A stretch of DNA of 64,000 nucleotides. Origin: an uncultured Gammaproteobacteria bacterium (GTDB lineage: Bacteria; Patescibacteriota; Microgenomatia; UBA8517). Below the pieces are notes generated by a model. It did no database searches. It saw nothing but the letters and a program-made list of their open reading frames with translations, and had not been told where the DNA came from. Positions within the stretch are counted from its first letter, which is position 1; every line of letters begins with the position of its first letter. Both the position numbers and the translations under genes were made by a program. The stretch is taken from NCBI GenBank assembly GCA_964600575.1, contig CAZRJH010000004.1:70711-134710 (forward strand), read 5' to 3'. Positions 38,601 through 44,285 of this stretch are shown piece by piece.

Positions 38601-40564
38601 ACATTACCCGAGCTAACTGTAAAGAAGTTGGGATCAAAAGATGCTACACCGACAGTTGATGTGGTAGCATTTGCACCCGTTACTGTAAGAGTGCTGCCTG
38701 ATTGAGATGTTGTGATACCGTTTGAACCAACTATCGTTTGAGTTCCGCCGAGTGCAATTGCAGAGCTTCCCGAATCTCCTGCAAATGTGATCGAGTTATT
38801 TGCAAGTTCTGTGTTAGATACACAACCTGTACAAGTTATTTCGGAAGCAGTGATAGTTCCTGTTCCCGAGAAGGTAAGGGAAGAGCCTGTTCCTACAACC
38901 ATGGCAGCTGTAGTATTTGTTCCACTTGTTAAATCAGCAAAAGATCCGGAAAAAGAACTTGTCCCTGTTGCAACTAAAACCCAAGTTGTTCCGTCCCAGT
39001 AATAAATTTTATCGTCGGTTGAGTTGTAAACAATCGATCCTTCTCCTATGGCCGAAGGATTGCTTGTGAATCTTCCGATTTGTACTTGGCCGTTAAATAT
39101 GGCGTTACCCGTATTTACCTTAAGTGCGGCGGCATCGTTCCAGCCGTCGTATCTATTAAGTACCAAAGTAGAATAGCTGGAGTTTGCGGTTGTCGGTTTT
39201 CCTCGTTCATCCAAAGTTAAAGTGAGTAGATCGTTAAGTGCTCCTCCCGTTGCCGGCTTTTTGATTATAGAAGCGTAATCTCCGGCACCTTGGTTAATTG
39301 TAAAATTACCCGAGGTTTGTGAATAACCTGTGATGTTTTCTAGCGCACCTCCGGAAGTCAGTCTTTGTGTACCTCCTGTTGATATATCGTTTTTAACGAA
39401 TAAGTCGTCACCGATTGTTATGTCACCAGCGCTAAACGTGTTGCCTACAGCATCTATTGTGAATTTAGATGTCATTTTTGGTGCACCTGATTGCAAATTA
39501 ACTAAGTAATAACCAGTTGAGTTATTTGGCACCATTCCGTAGTAGAGTGATCCACTTGTAAGATTTGGTCCTTGAACGTTTAACAAATTACCCTTGTTAG
39601 CTTCAAACAAAAAATGAACATAACCTTTGCCGTCCGGGTTAACTTCTATTATGCCGTCGCTACCCTCGGCGGTTTTTAGTGTGAGTGCCTGGCCTTCCAT
39701 TAAGAAGTTACCGTTTTTGGCTTTTATAGCAGGGGATTGCCCGGCCAGCAATAAAGTTCCGTTCTCGTCTAATATGGGAACTGTTAAAGGCCCTGCACCT
39801 GTATAAGGATCTGCTGCAAGGTATCCGTTAAGATTCGTAGAAGTATTAGCTGTGTTAACAGGAATTCTCATTACTCCCGAGGCAGACCCGATAGAAGGCT
39901 CCAGGAATAGCTGATCGTTTTGGAAGAAGAGATCTGTTGGAACTTGGTCTAATGATATCAAAGCAGAACCATTTGCATCAGTTTTGACTTCTTTAGCGGG
40001 GGAAGAGTAGAGAACTTCGCCGCCTGCAGATTTGTTAAAGAGTTTAAAAGATAAAGTTTCGCTACCAACTCTAGGGCTCCCATTGCTGTCTGTTAATGTC
40101 AGCTTGGCAAAAAGATTCCAGTAAGAATTTACCGCAATCTGTGCGGGGATTGCACTTGGGCTAGCCGTCTTTGTGGGGGCTGCAGGATTGTCTGTTCTTG
40201 TTTGTAAATTGGCAACAGGAGAAGTCTCTGCTGCAGGTGTAATTGTGAACGGAATTGCAAATTGTAATTTCCAAGTTAGGAGGAATAAAACAACGATTAA
40301 GGCTCCCGTTAGAGTTAAGGTTAAAAATATTTTAGGGTTCTTTTTCTTGACCGGGGTAACAACTGTGTAGGGATTGGAATTTTCTACAACAGGCCTTGGT
40401 TGGCTTAAAGGATTTTTGTCCAAATGACCTTGTCCTTCGGCCCAGTCAAAAAATCTGTTCAATGAAATTTGTTTTCTTTTGAGAGTTGCAGGGGAGGATG
40501 TTGTAGCAATCTGTTCTTGGTATGCCTTAACTAATTCGGGTGATACGTTGGATAATTTTGCCAT
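23591..40564 (-). CDS. Giant (5657 aa) membrane-anchored surface protein
   Basis: A 16974-nt ORF with no stops. Cytoplasmic N-terminus (aa 1-55) has an integrase-SAM-like motif (ATLKRKQISLNRFFDWAEGQGHL). TM near aa 79-98 (IFLTLTLTGALIVVLFLLTW). Then 5500+ aa of Thr/Gly/Asn/Ser-rich repeats, for example DVAVNGGDLTTTQTTANLF...GSGTTTVNN repeated more than 10 times and NAITDNITFTGRVAQDSDLIPITTTGTNDLGSSSLPWDNVY six times. Also Cys-pair motifs GCT...TC, a LamG-like segment, a β-propeller-like segment, and a C-terminal domain shared with the 50397..63632 product. Confidence 0.85.
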   Translation of the reverse strand: MAKLSNVSPELVKAYQEQIATTSSPATLKRKQISLNRFFDWAEGQGHLDKNPLSQPRPVVENSNPYTVVTPVKKKNPKIFLTLTLTGALIVVLFLLTWKLQFAIPFTITPAAETSPVANLQTRTDNPAAPTKTASPSAIPAQIAVNSYWNLFAKLTLTDSNGSPRVGSETLSFKLFNKSAGGEVLYSSPAKEVKTDANGSALISLDQVPTDLFFQNDQLFLEPSIGSASGVMRIPVNTANTSTNLNGYLAADPYTGAGPLTVPILDENGTLLLAGQSPAIKAKNGNFLMEGQALTLKTAEGSDGIIEVNPDGKGYVHFLFEANKGNLLNVQGPNLTSGSLYYGMVPNNSTGYYLVNLQSGAPKMTSKFTIDAVGNTFSAGDITIGDDLFVKNDISTGGTQRLTSGGALENITGYSQTSGNFTINQGAGDYASIIKKPATGGALNDLLTLTLDERGKPTTANSSYSTLVLNRYDGWNDAAALKVNTGNAIFNGQVQIGRFTSNPSAIGEGSIVYNSTDDKIYYWDGTTWVLVATGTSSFSGSFADLTSGTNTTAAMVVGTGSSLTFSGTGTITASEITCTGCVSNTELANNSITFAGDSGSSAIALGGTQTIVGSNGITTSQSGSTLTVTGANATTSTVGVASFDPNFFTVSSGNVSVANDSFDFAQFKDNMTLDANTDIATGGLTLSTSGTGAVSLNSTGQVTIAGNVDATNGVDVTGANLTVGGANFSVNVANGNTTTAGDLAVNGGDITSTSGTFNLVNSGVTSLNVGGGATTISLGAGTGSTTVNNNLVVSGTTTFGGIPYTWPGSQSSGYILQTDGSGTLSWVDPSAAAAASIFWTQSNGALFPKNNSVDVLIGSNATDSAKFAFTGVNGGTPTASISGSVANVATYLTGNGNLTTTNAADLILGGSTAGNVAINSRGLAALTANGANLSTVGTLTFPNTNTVTGVSNFLRLSQGVSVGGSDTFNFSSSGDLNANIGTFNGDVAVNGGDLTTSASSATLFNTNATTINFAGAANTLNIGPNGAAGVVTLSGGSGDTGCTLDGSNGNFTCSGSIVSLATSGTQGWWQLQNKVLSPANTTYDLTIGGSATGSAFQVFGVEKATGDLAKITSSVITSGNVFEATASAITSGNLIKLGEGGNQNFTGNGIYADFDNTGGGSFTGNFVKFDNAGATQFSVDASGNVIAAGDVAVNGGDLTTTQTTANLFTNATTLGLGAGSGTTTVNNALAVNGASITTDETSFALLNATTTTLNFAGAATTINIGATSGTTTLNNSLLIKGDTTLGDATTDGVSFNGRVNTNVLPITNNNYDLGSASLQWANIYGTNLYQNGNAVCDITGTGCPASSSVNYWQLQNKVLSPANITHDLAVGGTATSSAKFQAFALETPSGSVASLTSSEITTGNVLSATASAITSGNLVKLGEGGNQNFTGNGIYADFDNTGGGSFTGNFVKFDNAGSTRFTVGSNGDVTTTGVINLPNSITLTGVANYLQSSAGYSVGGGTTYYFDGSGNINANAGTFAGDVAVNGADLTTTSTGTATLFNSNATTLNIGGAATTVSLGAATGTTTVANSLQVNADTTLGNAITDAITFTARVAQDSDLIPITTTGTNDLGSSSLPWDNVYANAFVQNGFNVCDSSGANCPVNATYWQLNNKIISPSISSYDLAIGGTATGSAFQVFGIENAGGDIAKLNSTVITTGNVFEATASAITSGNLVKLGTGGDNGNFTGNGIYMDFDNTGGSSFTGNFLRFDNATTTRFTVDASGNVVAAGDVAANSGNLTTTASTGNLFNSNATTLNVGGAATTISIGNASGTTTINNASTVVAGNLTVQGTTGITESGAGADLTFSGTGTHSISNSNSTSALTIDSGNSANLQLNNSSTGDVEIAGGSAATGCTIANATGNLTCAGDVAVNGGDLTTTQTTANLFTNATTLGLGAGSGTTTVNNSLSVNGGTLTTNQTTFNLVNSTATTINFASAATTLNVGPTGASGSVAISGGSGDTGCTLDGTTGNFTCSGNITSTATSGTQGWWQLANKILSPANSTYDLTVGGNATGSAFQVFGIENAGGDIAKLNSTVITTGNVFEATASAITSGNLVKLGTGGDGHAFSGNAIFADLDNTGGGNFTGNFLRFDNSGATLFTVNSTGDVVTAGDVAVNGGDLTTNQTTANVFLNATTLGLGAGSGTTTVNNALGVTGNTNLNGDSIFGNAITDNITFTGRVAQDSDLIPITTTGTNDLGSSSLPWDNVYANAFVQNGNAVCDASGANCPAGAGYWNQSLGALYPTNNSTDLLIGGNATASAKFAFTNVAAGIPTATIAGSVANVATYLTGNGNLATTNMADLTLGGATTGNVVINSRGSTALTANAANLTASGTLTLPNSNTLTGVSGYVQTSGGYSVGGGTTFHFDSSGNIVASDVAVNGGDITSTGALNITPGGALVVGATGQTSTLQGSTLSLTSNGGGNDITLTSADQIIFDAGTTIELQDNTNITGNLDVSGTLTSGGSNAFQIDSTGNISSTGTTGISLSGNDADFTFSGTSNHDITASSGTLRLGATTLIGAITGNNQNVTGIGDLSVDGNTTLNGDSTIGNAITDNITFTGRVAQDSDLLPITTTGTNDLGSGSLPWDNIYGVNLFQNGNAVCDASGNNCPAGAGYWAQALGALYNVNNTVDLLVGSNATTSAKFAFINVASGTPTASVSGSVANVATYLTGNGNLATTNMADLTLGGSSTGNVVINSRGSAALTANGANLTATGTFTLPNSNTLTGVSGYLQNSNGFSVGGGTTFHFDSSGNIVASDVAVNGGDITSTGALNITPTGALVAGVTTQPATLQGSTISITSNSAGNDISLTSADQIILDAGTTVEIVDNTNITGNLDVSGTLTSGGSNAFQVDSTGNISSTGTTGISLSGNDADFTFSGTSNHDITASSGTLRLGAFTLLGAVTGNGQNVTGIGDLSVNGNTTLGDAITDSITFTGRVAQDVDLLPITTTGTNDLGSASLPWDNVYANAFTQNGFGVCDSSGTNCPAGSLYWQLNNKIISPANSTYDLTIGGTATGSAFQVFGVETAGGDIAKLNSTVITTGNVFEATASAITSGNLVKLGTGGDNGNFTGNGIYMDFDNTGGSSFTGNFLRFDNAGATVLTVNSAGNIVTSGDLAVNGGDITSSGALNITPGGALTVGVTGQTITLQGSTASLTSNGAGNDITLTSADQVILNAGGTIELQDNTNVTGNLDVSGTLTGGTGDAFQIDANGNISTTGTTGVTLTGVDSDITFATGAGSHDITASAGTLRLGAFTLLGAVTGNGQNVTGIGDLSVNGNTALGDAITDNITFTARVAQDSDLIPIGTTGTNDLGSGSLPWDNIYADAFTQNGFAVCDSSGANCPAGASHWALLNQTLYPSNQTYDVVVGGNSTSSAKFLAFGIENTNGGVVKLNSNTITTGNVFEATASAITTGNLVKLGSGGDGHAFSGNAIFADLDNTGGGNFSGNFLRFDNAGATYYTVDSTGNISTAGTTGQTFSGNAAGISFTGTGVHSISNSQSGSILRLDSGNSSALQLNNISAGDVEIAGGSAATGCTIANATGNLTCAGDVAVNGGDLTTSQTTGNIFTNATTLGIGGATGTTTVNNSLAVNGASISTDETSFSLLNATATTINFGGAATTFNIGPTGSGTASILFEGGSGDTGCTMDGANGNLTCSGAITTTATTGTQGWWQLQNKILSPANSTYDLAIGGTATNSAFQVFGIENAIGDIAKINSTVITTGNLFEATASAITSGNIIKLGESGPQNFTGNGLFFDFDNTGGGSFTGNFIYATNSLATMFVVDASGNITANGDAAVNGSDITTTGSGPATIFNTNATTLSLGGAATTALNLGTGNSAYTAINLGTGNGGNALNIATGTGADTINIATGGTSADTVNVGNTAVATTVNVNSGATTQNIIDVSGTSLTSGNFLALASDANRTGFAWTNSDENIAGQKDEKAITTTAVNTYVYDTTKDTDGGIWTNDERAKTSSWYNETIDQAIGTACTLDSDDRCGKREFPQKAILTVSGSRLYIFDAKDNTMWMEFAKGSGATEQMIGPSTGSTGSSIFALNGKVYLGNNGGSGGLYVIDFKNDRAQRYNATDDYFGDKNIANRNSTVAWTTGPSSPISNGTVEDIHAITFNGKTFVAVANNTGVSVINETTNTVYSYSDVTSDVYQSTFFSTSGDLYALNGTSRQLERWNSVVTDSGSELNGTPDVAWDETGVKIAGAAAVAGPYLFSSAQIINVAPDALFVATGTSAVDGKSDTIYVASATNDTTGSLSVVNDKKGDESNGSAKYYTKDYIGDDMTGDVRAMWPFNGSGSIADNANATDISVKGNVLDADNANGTGFTYGSGVRGTGVTLDNTDDFFCSDANNDNTCDTDSDYDFGTGSFSVSTWFKHSVSAPPAAPNDDVIIDHTYNTTPAAVLGWKVWMNSTGTISFGIDDDATWTNADPTDDQATTTTTYLDNTWHHLVAVKNGTSSISLYIDGQLAASDVSLTATGTLTGTGVIMGVGADCSTGAACATGANFWNGDLDDMSITAEALSISQVKRMYQVGSRALLNHTASRIAGVTGVDNYQRLMGNASGGTTTSNKVTAVTLDNSNRAIYVGINDATTNTGGVTVIGVDSDSAIDLYDGTANTTKTTDTNTQYSSNDVSSISISGSACIAYNSGSDECGTKATLSITGENGSAVTQNWMETSNSSLYSTLATLTSPTAVKNAMTVNNVFQVYNTYNNTTNSTTGETIQTPAMSVDSNGNFTYNYFGPSTTANAMTYTDSANLTTGDFMNIVASNALTTGNVIDINSAIYTETTAATGSLVNLALSNTSSNTSGNSIVNGINITGTLNTTGATGTKEFNMFNVAAPTLTGCSGGTCQVSGFKVNPTSAGSGITEYGVNIANLSGAGAGTETAFIIGSGWDTDLQFVDTTPLVTIGDGGTLTLNDGTNTLAQLYDAGTAGVLGVTKNLLVGSVTGLTTRTFSRFATSDITSDHALASAGDVLINEDLEVDGILYLDGKNISNTNGTASILLCTGQSGAACATTSALENTLSAGSWIIDNQANVGEPALAVNNAKGGDLIVASASGVLKFRVANNGDVTLGDNSGTDLTVGGGTGKIDVGTVDPPYTINGKKYATYMGGLVGVKEEVTGSLATSEYIPGIGYRTSIDFNAQPEGSDLWLFGKTTNINENIDKLVALLTPNFPTKVWYQVDSENRRLNIYSALPAQISYRLTGPRFDAENWLNTRESEAVGFIINSADVVTNFAENLQVTALTDFVTEKVADGAQIATYVVKDASGQVVAGIEAVGNFVAANIKTGALQAQEIATDSLKATQIAAENALISMKLVAPDFKTKLISPLAEETDITIQLGSATESGELAITNIEGTEVASISSTGDATFSGELYARNIHSDNLDQIRDILTQVQADQVLLSESQSWNTQTATSSASFGQIAVSDLYVTNQAAVNSLSVTQTITIGNDLVIAASGIDTLSEPLKIQDLALAPVEIMGGLVNIDTNGNVSIAGNLDVAGTVSTSTLAIKDTTGNSVSTIDASGSATFNSVNVSQIIVAGAQDATSSAVVNGEISTNSTVGKGVLPGGTTDITIRNPKVNDYTFVYITPTSNTLNNVLYVKEKSNGYFKVGFTSPIQEDTNFNWWIVQTE
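30400..36750 (-). repeat. In-frame tandem super-repeat (~1.1 kb units, at least 6 copies) inside the minus-strand giant gene
   Basis: The module DAITDNITFT(G/A)RVAQDSDL(I/L)PITTTGTNDLGS.SLPWDN(V/I)Y...NG..VCD.SG.NCP recurs at about 30.45-30.64, 31.56-31.70, 32.64-32.83, 33.79-33.96, 35.64-35.82 and 36.52-36.70 kb. Between copies, WQLQNK(I/V)LSPAN.TYDL..GG.ATGSAFQVFG(I/V)E and FEATASAITSGNLVKLG...FTGNGIY.DFDNTGG..FTGNF recur. Confidence 0.8.
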
Positions 40565-40570
40565 AGGTGA

Positions 40571-41098
40571 TTAGTGATTAATTTCGAAGTTTCCTTTGTT
40601 TTCATCGAGCCAGCTTAAAAACTGTCTTACATCTGAGACATAGTTTTTGAGAGTGCTTGAGCTTACCTTTTCAGCCTCCAAAAACACTTTAAAGTCGTCG
40701 ACTATATCAAAAGACATCTTTGGAGCTGGGCGGTTCTGTGCAATGTTTTCTATCCCGGTTGTGAAATCAGAATTTACGATTTGGGTTGCAACCATAAACC
40801 TGCTTAAGTGTCTAAGTGTCGAGAGTCTTCTATTCACCGACCCTATTGGCTGGCTGTTTTCGATCATGTAGTTTTTGTACTCCGTGGCAATGTTTTTGTT
40901 GAGAAAGGGAACTGCTTCTGTAAGTGTTTCGACATACGACCCGTAAGACCTAAGACGGAGGATTAACCAACCCAGAAAATGAGACAAATCGCTTCTGTAG
41001 TTTTTGTGCGATTTTGGAGTAACGCCCAAAGTATCAAGATATTTAGAAAACTCTTTGCGGATGATATCGTTATCGATTTTGGGCATTTTTGTAATCAA
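40571..41098 (-). CDS. Stand-alone protein with two tandem phage-integrase N-terminal SAM-like domains and no catalytic domain
   Basis: 175 aa. Repeat 1: PKSHKNYRSDLSHFLGWL. Repeat 2: SSSTLKNYVSDVRQFLSWLDENKG. Compare the XerC/XerD N-terminus (NTLxAYRRDLxxFxxWL). No R..HxxR..Y tyrosine-recombinase catalytic region follows. Confidence 0.72.
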   Translation of the reverse strand: MITKMPKIDNDIIRKEFSKYLDTLGVTPKSHKNYRSDLSHFLGWLILRLRSYGSYVETLTEAVPFLNKNIATEYKNYMIENSQPIGSVNRRLSTLRHLSRFMVATQIVNSDFTTGIENIAQNRPAPKMSFDIVDDFKVFLEAEKVSSSTLKNYVSDVRQFLSWLDENKGNFEINH

Positions 41099-41599
41099 AG
41101 CTAAATTAGACGAATTAGACTGATTAGACTATTATTAAAAAGCTGGAGGAGCCTGTCAAGAGGCTATTAGCAACATAAAATATTCATTACTTTACGATTA
41201 TTTTCACAGTGTATGTAGTATAATTACCGCATTCAATACACGCACAATTTTTGTTAAATGATATATTTAAGAATACCCGTATAACAGCAAAATATACCTA
41301 AAAAATGATACAAATCTAGGCACGAAGCTTGTTTTGCGGAAAACGGCGGTAATTATTTACTTTCAAAAATACTTGCGGAAATGGAACCTAAAAAGAGGAG
41401 TGTAACCGGTTTTTAACACACAATTCCTTAATAAATTACAGGATATACACTTAAGTTCAATTAATCTCAATAAAAGAGATAATTAGCACTCGAGTTTTAT
41501 TTTTGCTAATAAAAAATAGTGTCGTTTCGTTCCAATCTTTTGGGAATTATTTTAAAAATGAAGCTATTTATATTTGAGCTTGAAATTTTTTATTAAAGG

Positions 41600-41627
41600 T
41601 TGCTTTTTTTGCGTGTAATATTACAAT
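41600..41627 (+). promoter_or_regulatory. Candidate sigma70-like promoter for leuS (-35 TTGCTT 41600-41605, 16-bp spacer, -10 TACAAT 41622-41627), implying a near-leaderless transcript
   Basis: Hexamers read from the sequence. No Shine-Dalgarno between them and the ATG at 41635. Weak. Confidence 0.2.
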
Positions 41628-41634
41628 TTCAACT

Positions 41635-44229
41635 ATGGCAGATAAATATAAGCATACACCGGTAGAGAAAAAGTGGCAAGAAAGGTGGCAAGACGCAAAA
41701 TTATACGAGGCAAATATTAACGCAAAGGACGTTTTCTACAATTTATGGATGTTTCCTTATCCAAGTGCCGAAGGACTTCATGCAGGCCACGCATTTGCCT
41801 CTACAGGAAGCGACATATACGGAAGATTTATGAGAATGTCCGGGAGCAATGTCTTGCAGCCCATAGGTTATGATTCTTTTGGAATTCATTCGGAAAACTA
41901 CGCTATTAAGATAGGCGAAACCCCGCAGATAATGCTTGAAAGAACAACCAAGCATTACGAGGCACAACTTAAAAGCTTGGGACATGGTTACGACTGGACG
42001 CGTACGGTGACAACTTCTGATCCGGTTTATTATAAATGGACACAGTGGTTATTTGCTGAAATGTTTAAAGCCGGGCTTGCTTACAAAAAGAAGGCCTCGG
42101 TAAACTTTTGTCCTTCCTGTAAAACTGTACTGGCCGACGAACAGGTAATGAGCCCGAAAGAAGCAGGTAAAGATCCTAAAGACAAAGACGGCAATCCTGT
42201 AGAGGTTGGTCCGGATACAAAAGTCTGTGAGAGATGTGGCACGGTAGTAGACAAAAAAGAGTTGGATCAATGGTTCATGAGGATCACAGACTATGCAGAC
42301 AGGCTTTTAGAAGGACTTACAAAAATAGATTGGAGCGAGAGGGTTGTAATTGCACAGCGCGAATGGATCGGAAAAAAAGCAGGTGTAACAGTAAGACATA
42401 AAGTGAAAGATTCCGATATAGTTCTTGAAGCCTTTAGTGCATACCCTGCATGGCTTTATGCCGACACTTTCTTGGTTATAGCACCGACCCATCCAAAAGT
42501 GGTCGAACTAGTCAAAGGCACCGACAAAGAATCCGAAGTAATGGCTTTTGTAAAAGATTCGCAAATTCCATTATCCAACGAGGAAAAGGCAAAGAAAGAG
42601 AAGAACGGAATTTTTACAGGAAGGTATGCAGTTGATCCTTTGACCGGTAGAGTGTTTCCTATATGGCTGGCAAACTTTGCTTTGATGGACTTTGGTACAG
42701 GCATTATACGTTGTTCGTCCCACGACCCCCGTGACTACGAATTTGCTAAAAAATACGATATCCAAATAGAAGAAATAGTAGAAAGAATAGATTCCGATGT
42801 TCCCGTTAATGCCCACACCAATATAGGTAGGTTAAAAAATTCCGGGCCGTTTACGGGTCGCGATATCGATGAAAGTCTAATTAAAGATGTAACTAGCTTC
42901 ATAGTTCAAAAAAGATTTGGTGAAACTCGTACTACATACCATCTTCGTGATTGGCTGGTAAGCAGGCAAAGATATTGGGGTGCACCTATTCCTATGGTTT
43001 ATTGTGAAGACTGCAGACAAAAGGGCATAAGCTGGCTCACAGAGAACAAAGCGGCTCAGCATGCTGATCATTCGAACTGGGACCACTTTGGCTGGTGGGT
43101 AGAGGAAAGTTTACCTGTGGAGTTGCCGGAAATGAAAGATTATCAACCTGAAGGAACAGGACACGGGCCACTAAGTCATCACCCTGAATTTTATAAAGTT
43201 AAATGTCCGCACTGCGGAGGCGAAGCATTGCGCGAAACAGATGTAATGGACACATTCGTTGATTCTTCTTGGTATTTTCTTAGATATCCTTCGACTCGCT
43301 CCGCTCACTCAGGACAAGTCCCTTTTGACCCCGAAGTTACCATGAAGTGGCTGCCTGTTAACCTTTATTTTGGAGGGGCAGAACATTCCGTTCTCCATCT
43401 TATGTACGCACGTTTTGTAACTATGGTTATGCACGATAGGGGTTATATTAGTTTTGACGAGCCTTTTCCAAAATTCTTTGCACACGGGTTAATGATTAAA
43501 GATGGGGCTAAGATGAGTAAGAGTAGGGGCAATGTAGTTAACCCGGACGAATATGTAACCAAGTTTGGAGCGGACACTCTAAGACTTTATGTAATGTTTA
43601 TGGGCCCCATGGACGGTTACCCTGACTTTAGGGATACAGGAATAGAAGGCATGGCCCGTTTTGTGGGTAGAGTCTGGAAACTCTTTGCACAACATAAAGA
43701 TTTTGCCGTTTCGGCATCTGACGGCAGGGAAATAACCAGTAATTTGCATAAGACCATTGCCGACGTAACAGAAGATTTGTCTAATTTTAAATATAATACA
43801 GCCATAGCTAGCCTCATGGAGTTTGTTAATCTGCTGTATTCCAAGATACCCGAGGGGGCAGAAAAAACATCTGAAGCTACTTTTGAACCATGGGATAATG
43901 CTCTAACAAACTTATGCCTAATGTTTGCCCCGTTTGCACCGCATTTGGCAGAAGAAGTTTGGGTTGAGATATTGGGTAGGGAGTTTAGTGTTCATACCTC
44001 GTCTTGGCCAACTTTTGATTCAAGCTTAGTCAAGACTGATGTTGTAACCTTTGTTATCCAAGTTAACGGTAAACTGCGTGCTTCACTAAAAGTAACACCC
44101 GACCATGCGATGGACGAGTTAAAAATGAAAGAAATAGCAGAAACTGATACTAATGTATCAAAATGGATTGGAGAAGGTGTTAAAAAGGCTATATTTATTC
44201 CGGGAAAGCTTTTGAATCTTGTTGTTTAA
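41635..44229 (+). CDS. leuS: Leucyl-tRNA synthetase
   Basis: 864 aa. HIGH-type motif PYPSAEGLHAGHA, CP1 editing domain, KMSKS motif GAKMSKSRGN, length and order typical of bacterial LeuRS. Confidence 0.95.
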   Translation: MADKYKHTPVEKKWQERWQDAKLYEANINAKDVFYNLWMFPYPSAEGLHAGHAFASTGSDIYGRFMRMSGSNVLQPIGYDSFGIHSENYAIKIGETPQIMLERTTKHYEAQLKSLGHGYDWTRTVTTSDPVYYKWTQWLFAEMFKAGLAYKKKASVNFCPSCKTVLADEQVMSPKEAGKDPKDKDGNPVEVGPDTKVCERCGTVVDKKELDQWFMRITDYADRLLEGLTKIDWSERVVIAQREWIGKKAGVTVRHKVKDSDIVLEAFSAYPAWLYADTFLVIAPTHPKVVELVKGTDKESEVMAFVKDSQIPLSNEEKAKKEKNGIFTGRYAVDPLTGRVFPIWLANFALMDFGTGIIRCSSHDPRDYEFAKKYDIQIEEIVERIDSDVPVNAHTNIGRLKNSGPFTGRDIDESLIKDVTSFIVQKRFGETRTTYHLRDWLVSRQRYWGAPIPMVYCEDCRQKGISWLTENKAAQHADHSNWDHFGWWVEESLPVELPEMKDYQPEGTGHGPLSHHPEFYKVKCPHCGGEALRETDVMDTFVDSSWYFLRYPSTRSAHSGQVPFDPEVTMKWLPVNLYFGGAEHSVLHLMYARFVTMVMHDRGYISFDEPFPKFFAHGLMIKDGAKMSKSRGNVVNPDEYVTKFGADTLRLYVMFMGPMDGYPDFRDTGIEGMARFVGRVWKLFAQHKDFAVSASDGREITSNLHKTIADVTEDLSNFKYNTAIASLMEFVNLLYSKIPEGAEKTSEATFEPWDNALTNLCLMFAPFAPHLAEEVWVEILGREFSVHTSSWPTFDSSLVKTDVVTFVIQVNGKLRASLKVTPDHAMDELKMKEIAETDTNVSKWIGEGVKKAIFIPGKLLNLVV

Positions 44230-44285
44230 GGCTAAACGCCGATAGTTTTATTGACAGGAGTCCTATAACAATACTAGAATAAACA

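Noticed and set aside
23600-40370. Dozens of plus-strand ORFs of 60-265 aa inside the minus-strand giant gene (for example 31662..32459, 34812..35375, 37344..37895, 37968..38705)
   Set aside because: They are the reverse-complement shadow of Thr/Gly/Ala/Asn codon repeats, which gives Val/Pro/Ala/Ser-rich stop-free antisense frames. They have no independent starts, no motifs and low complexity. The 17-kb sense ORF explains the region.
40571-41098. Integrase or mobile-element call, based on phage-integrase N-terminal domains
   Set aside because: Only the N-terminal SAM-like core-binding domain is present, twice, with no tyrosine-recombinase catalytic domain. There are no flanking att-like repeats, no tRNA and no phage genes, so a mobile element is not supported.
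41099-41634. T-box riboswitch or leader upstream of leuS (and 48095..48450 upstream of argS)
   Set aside because: No T-box consensus (AATTAGGGTGGNACCGCG) or specifier/antiterminator arrangement is recognisable. The region is just AT-rich spacer.
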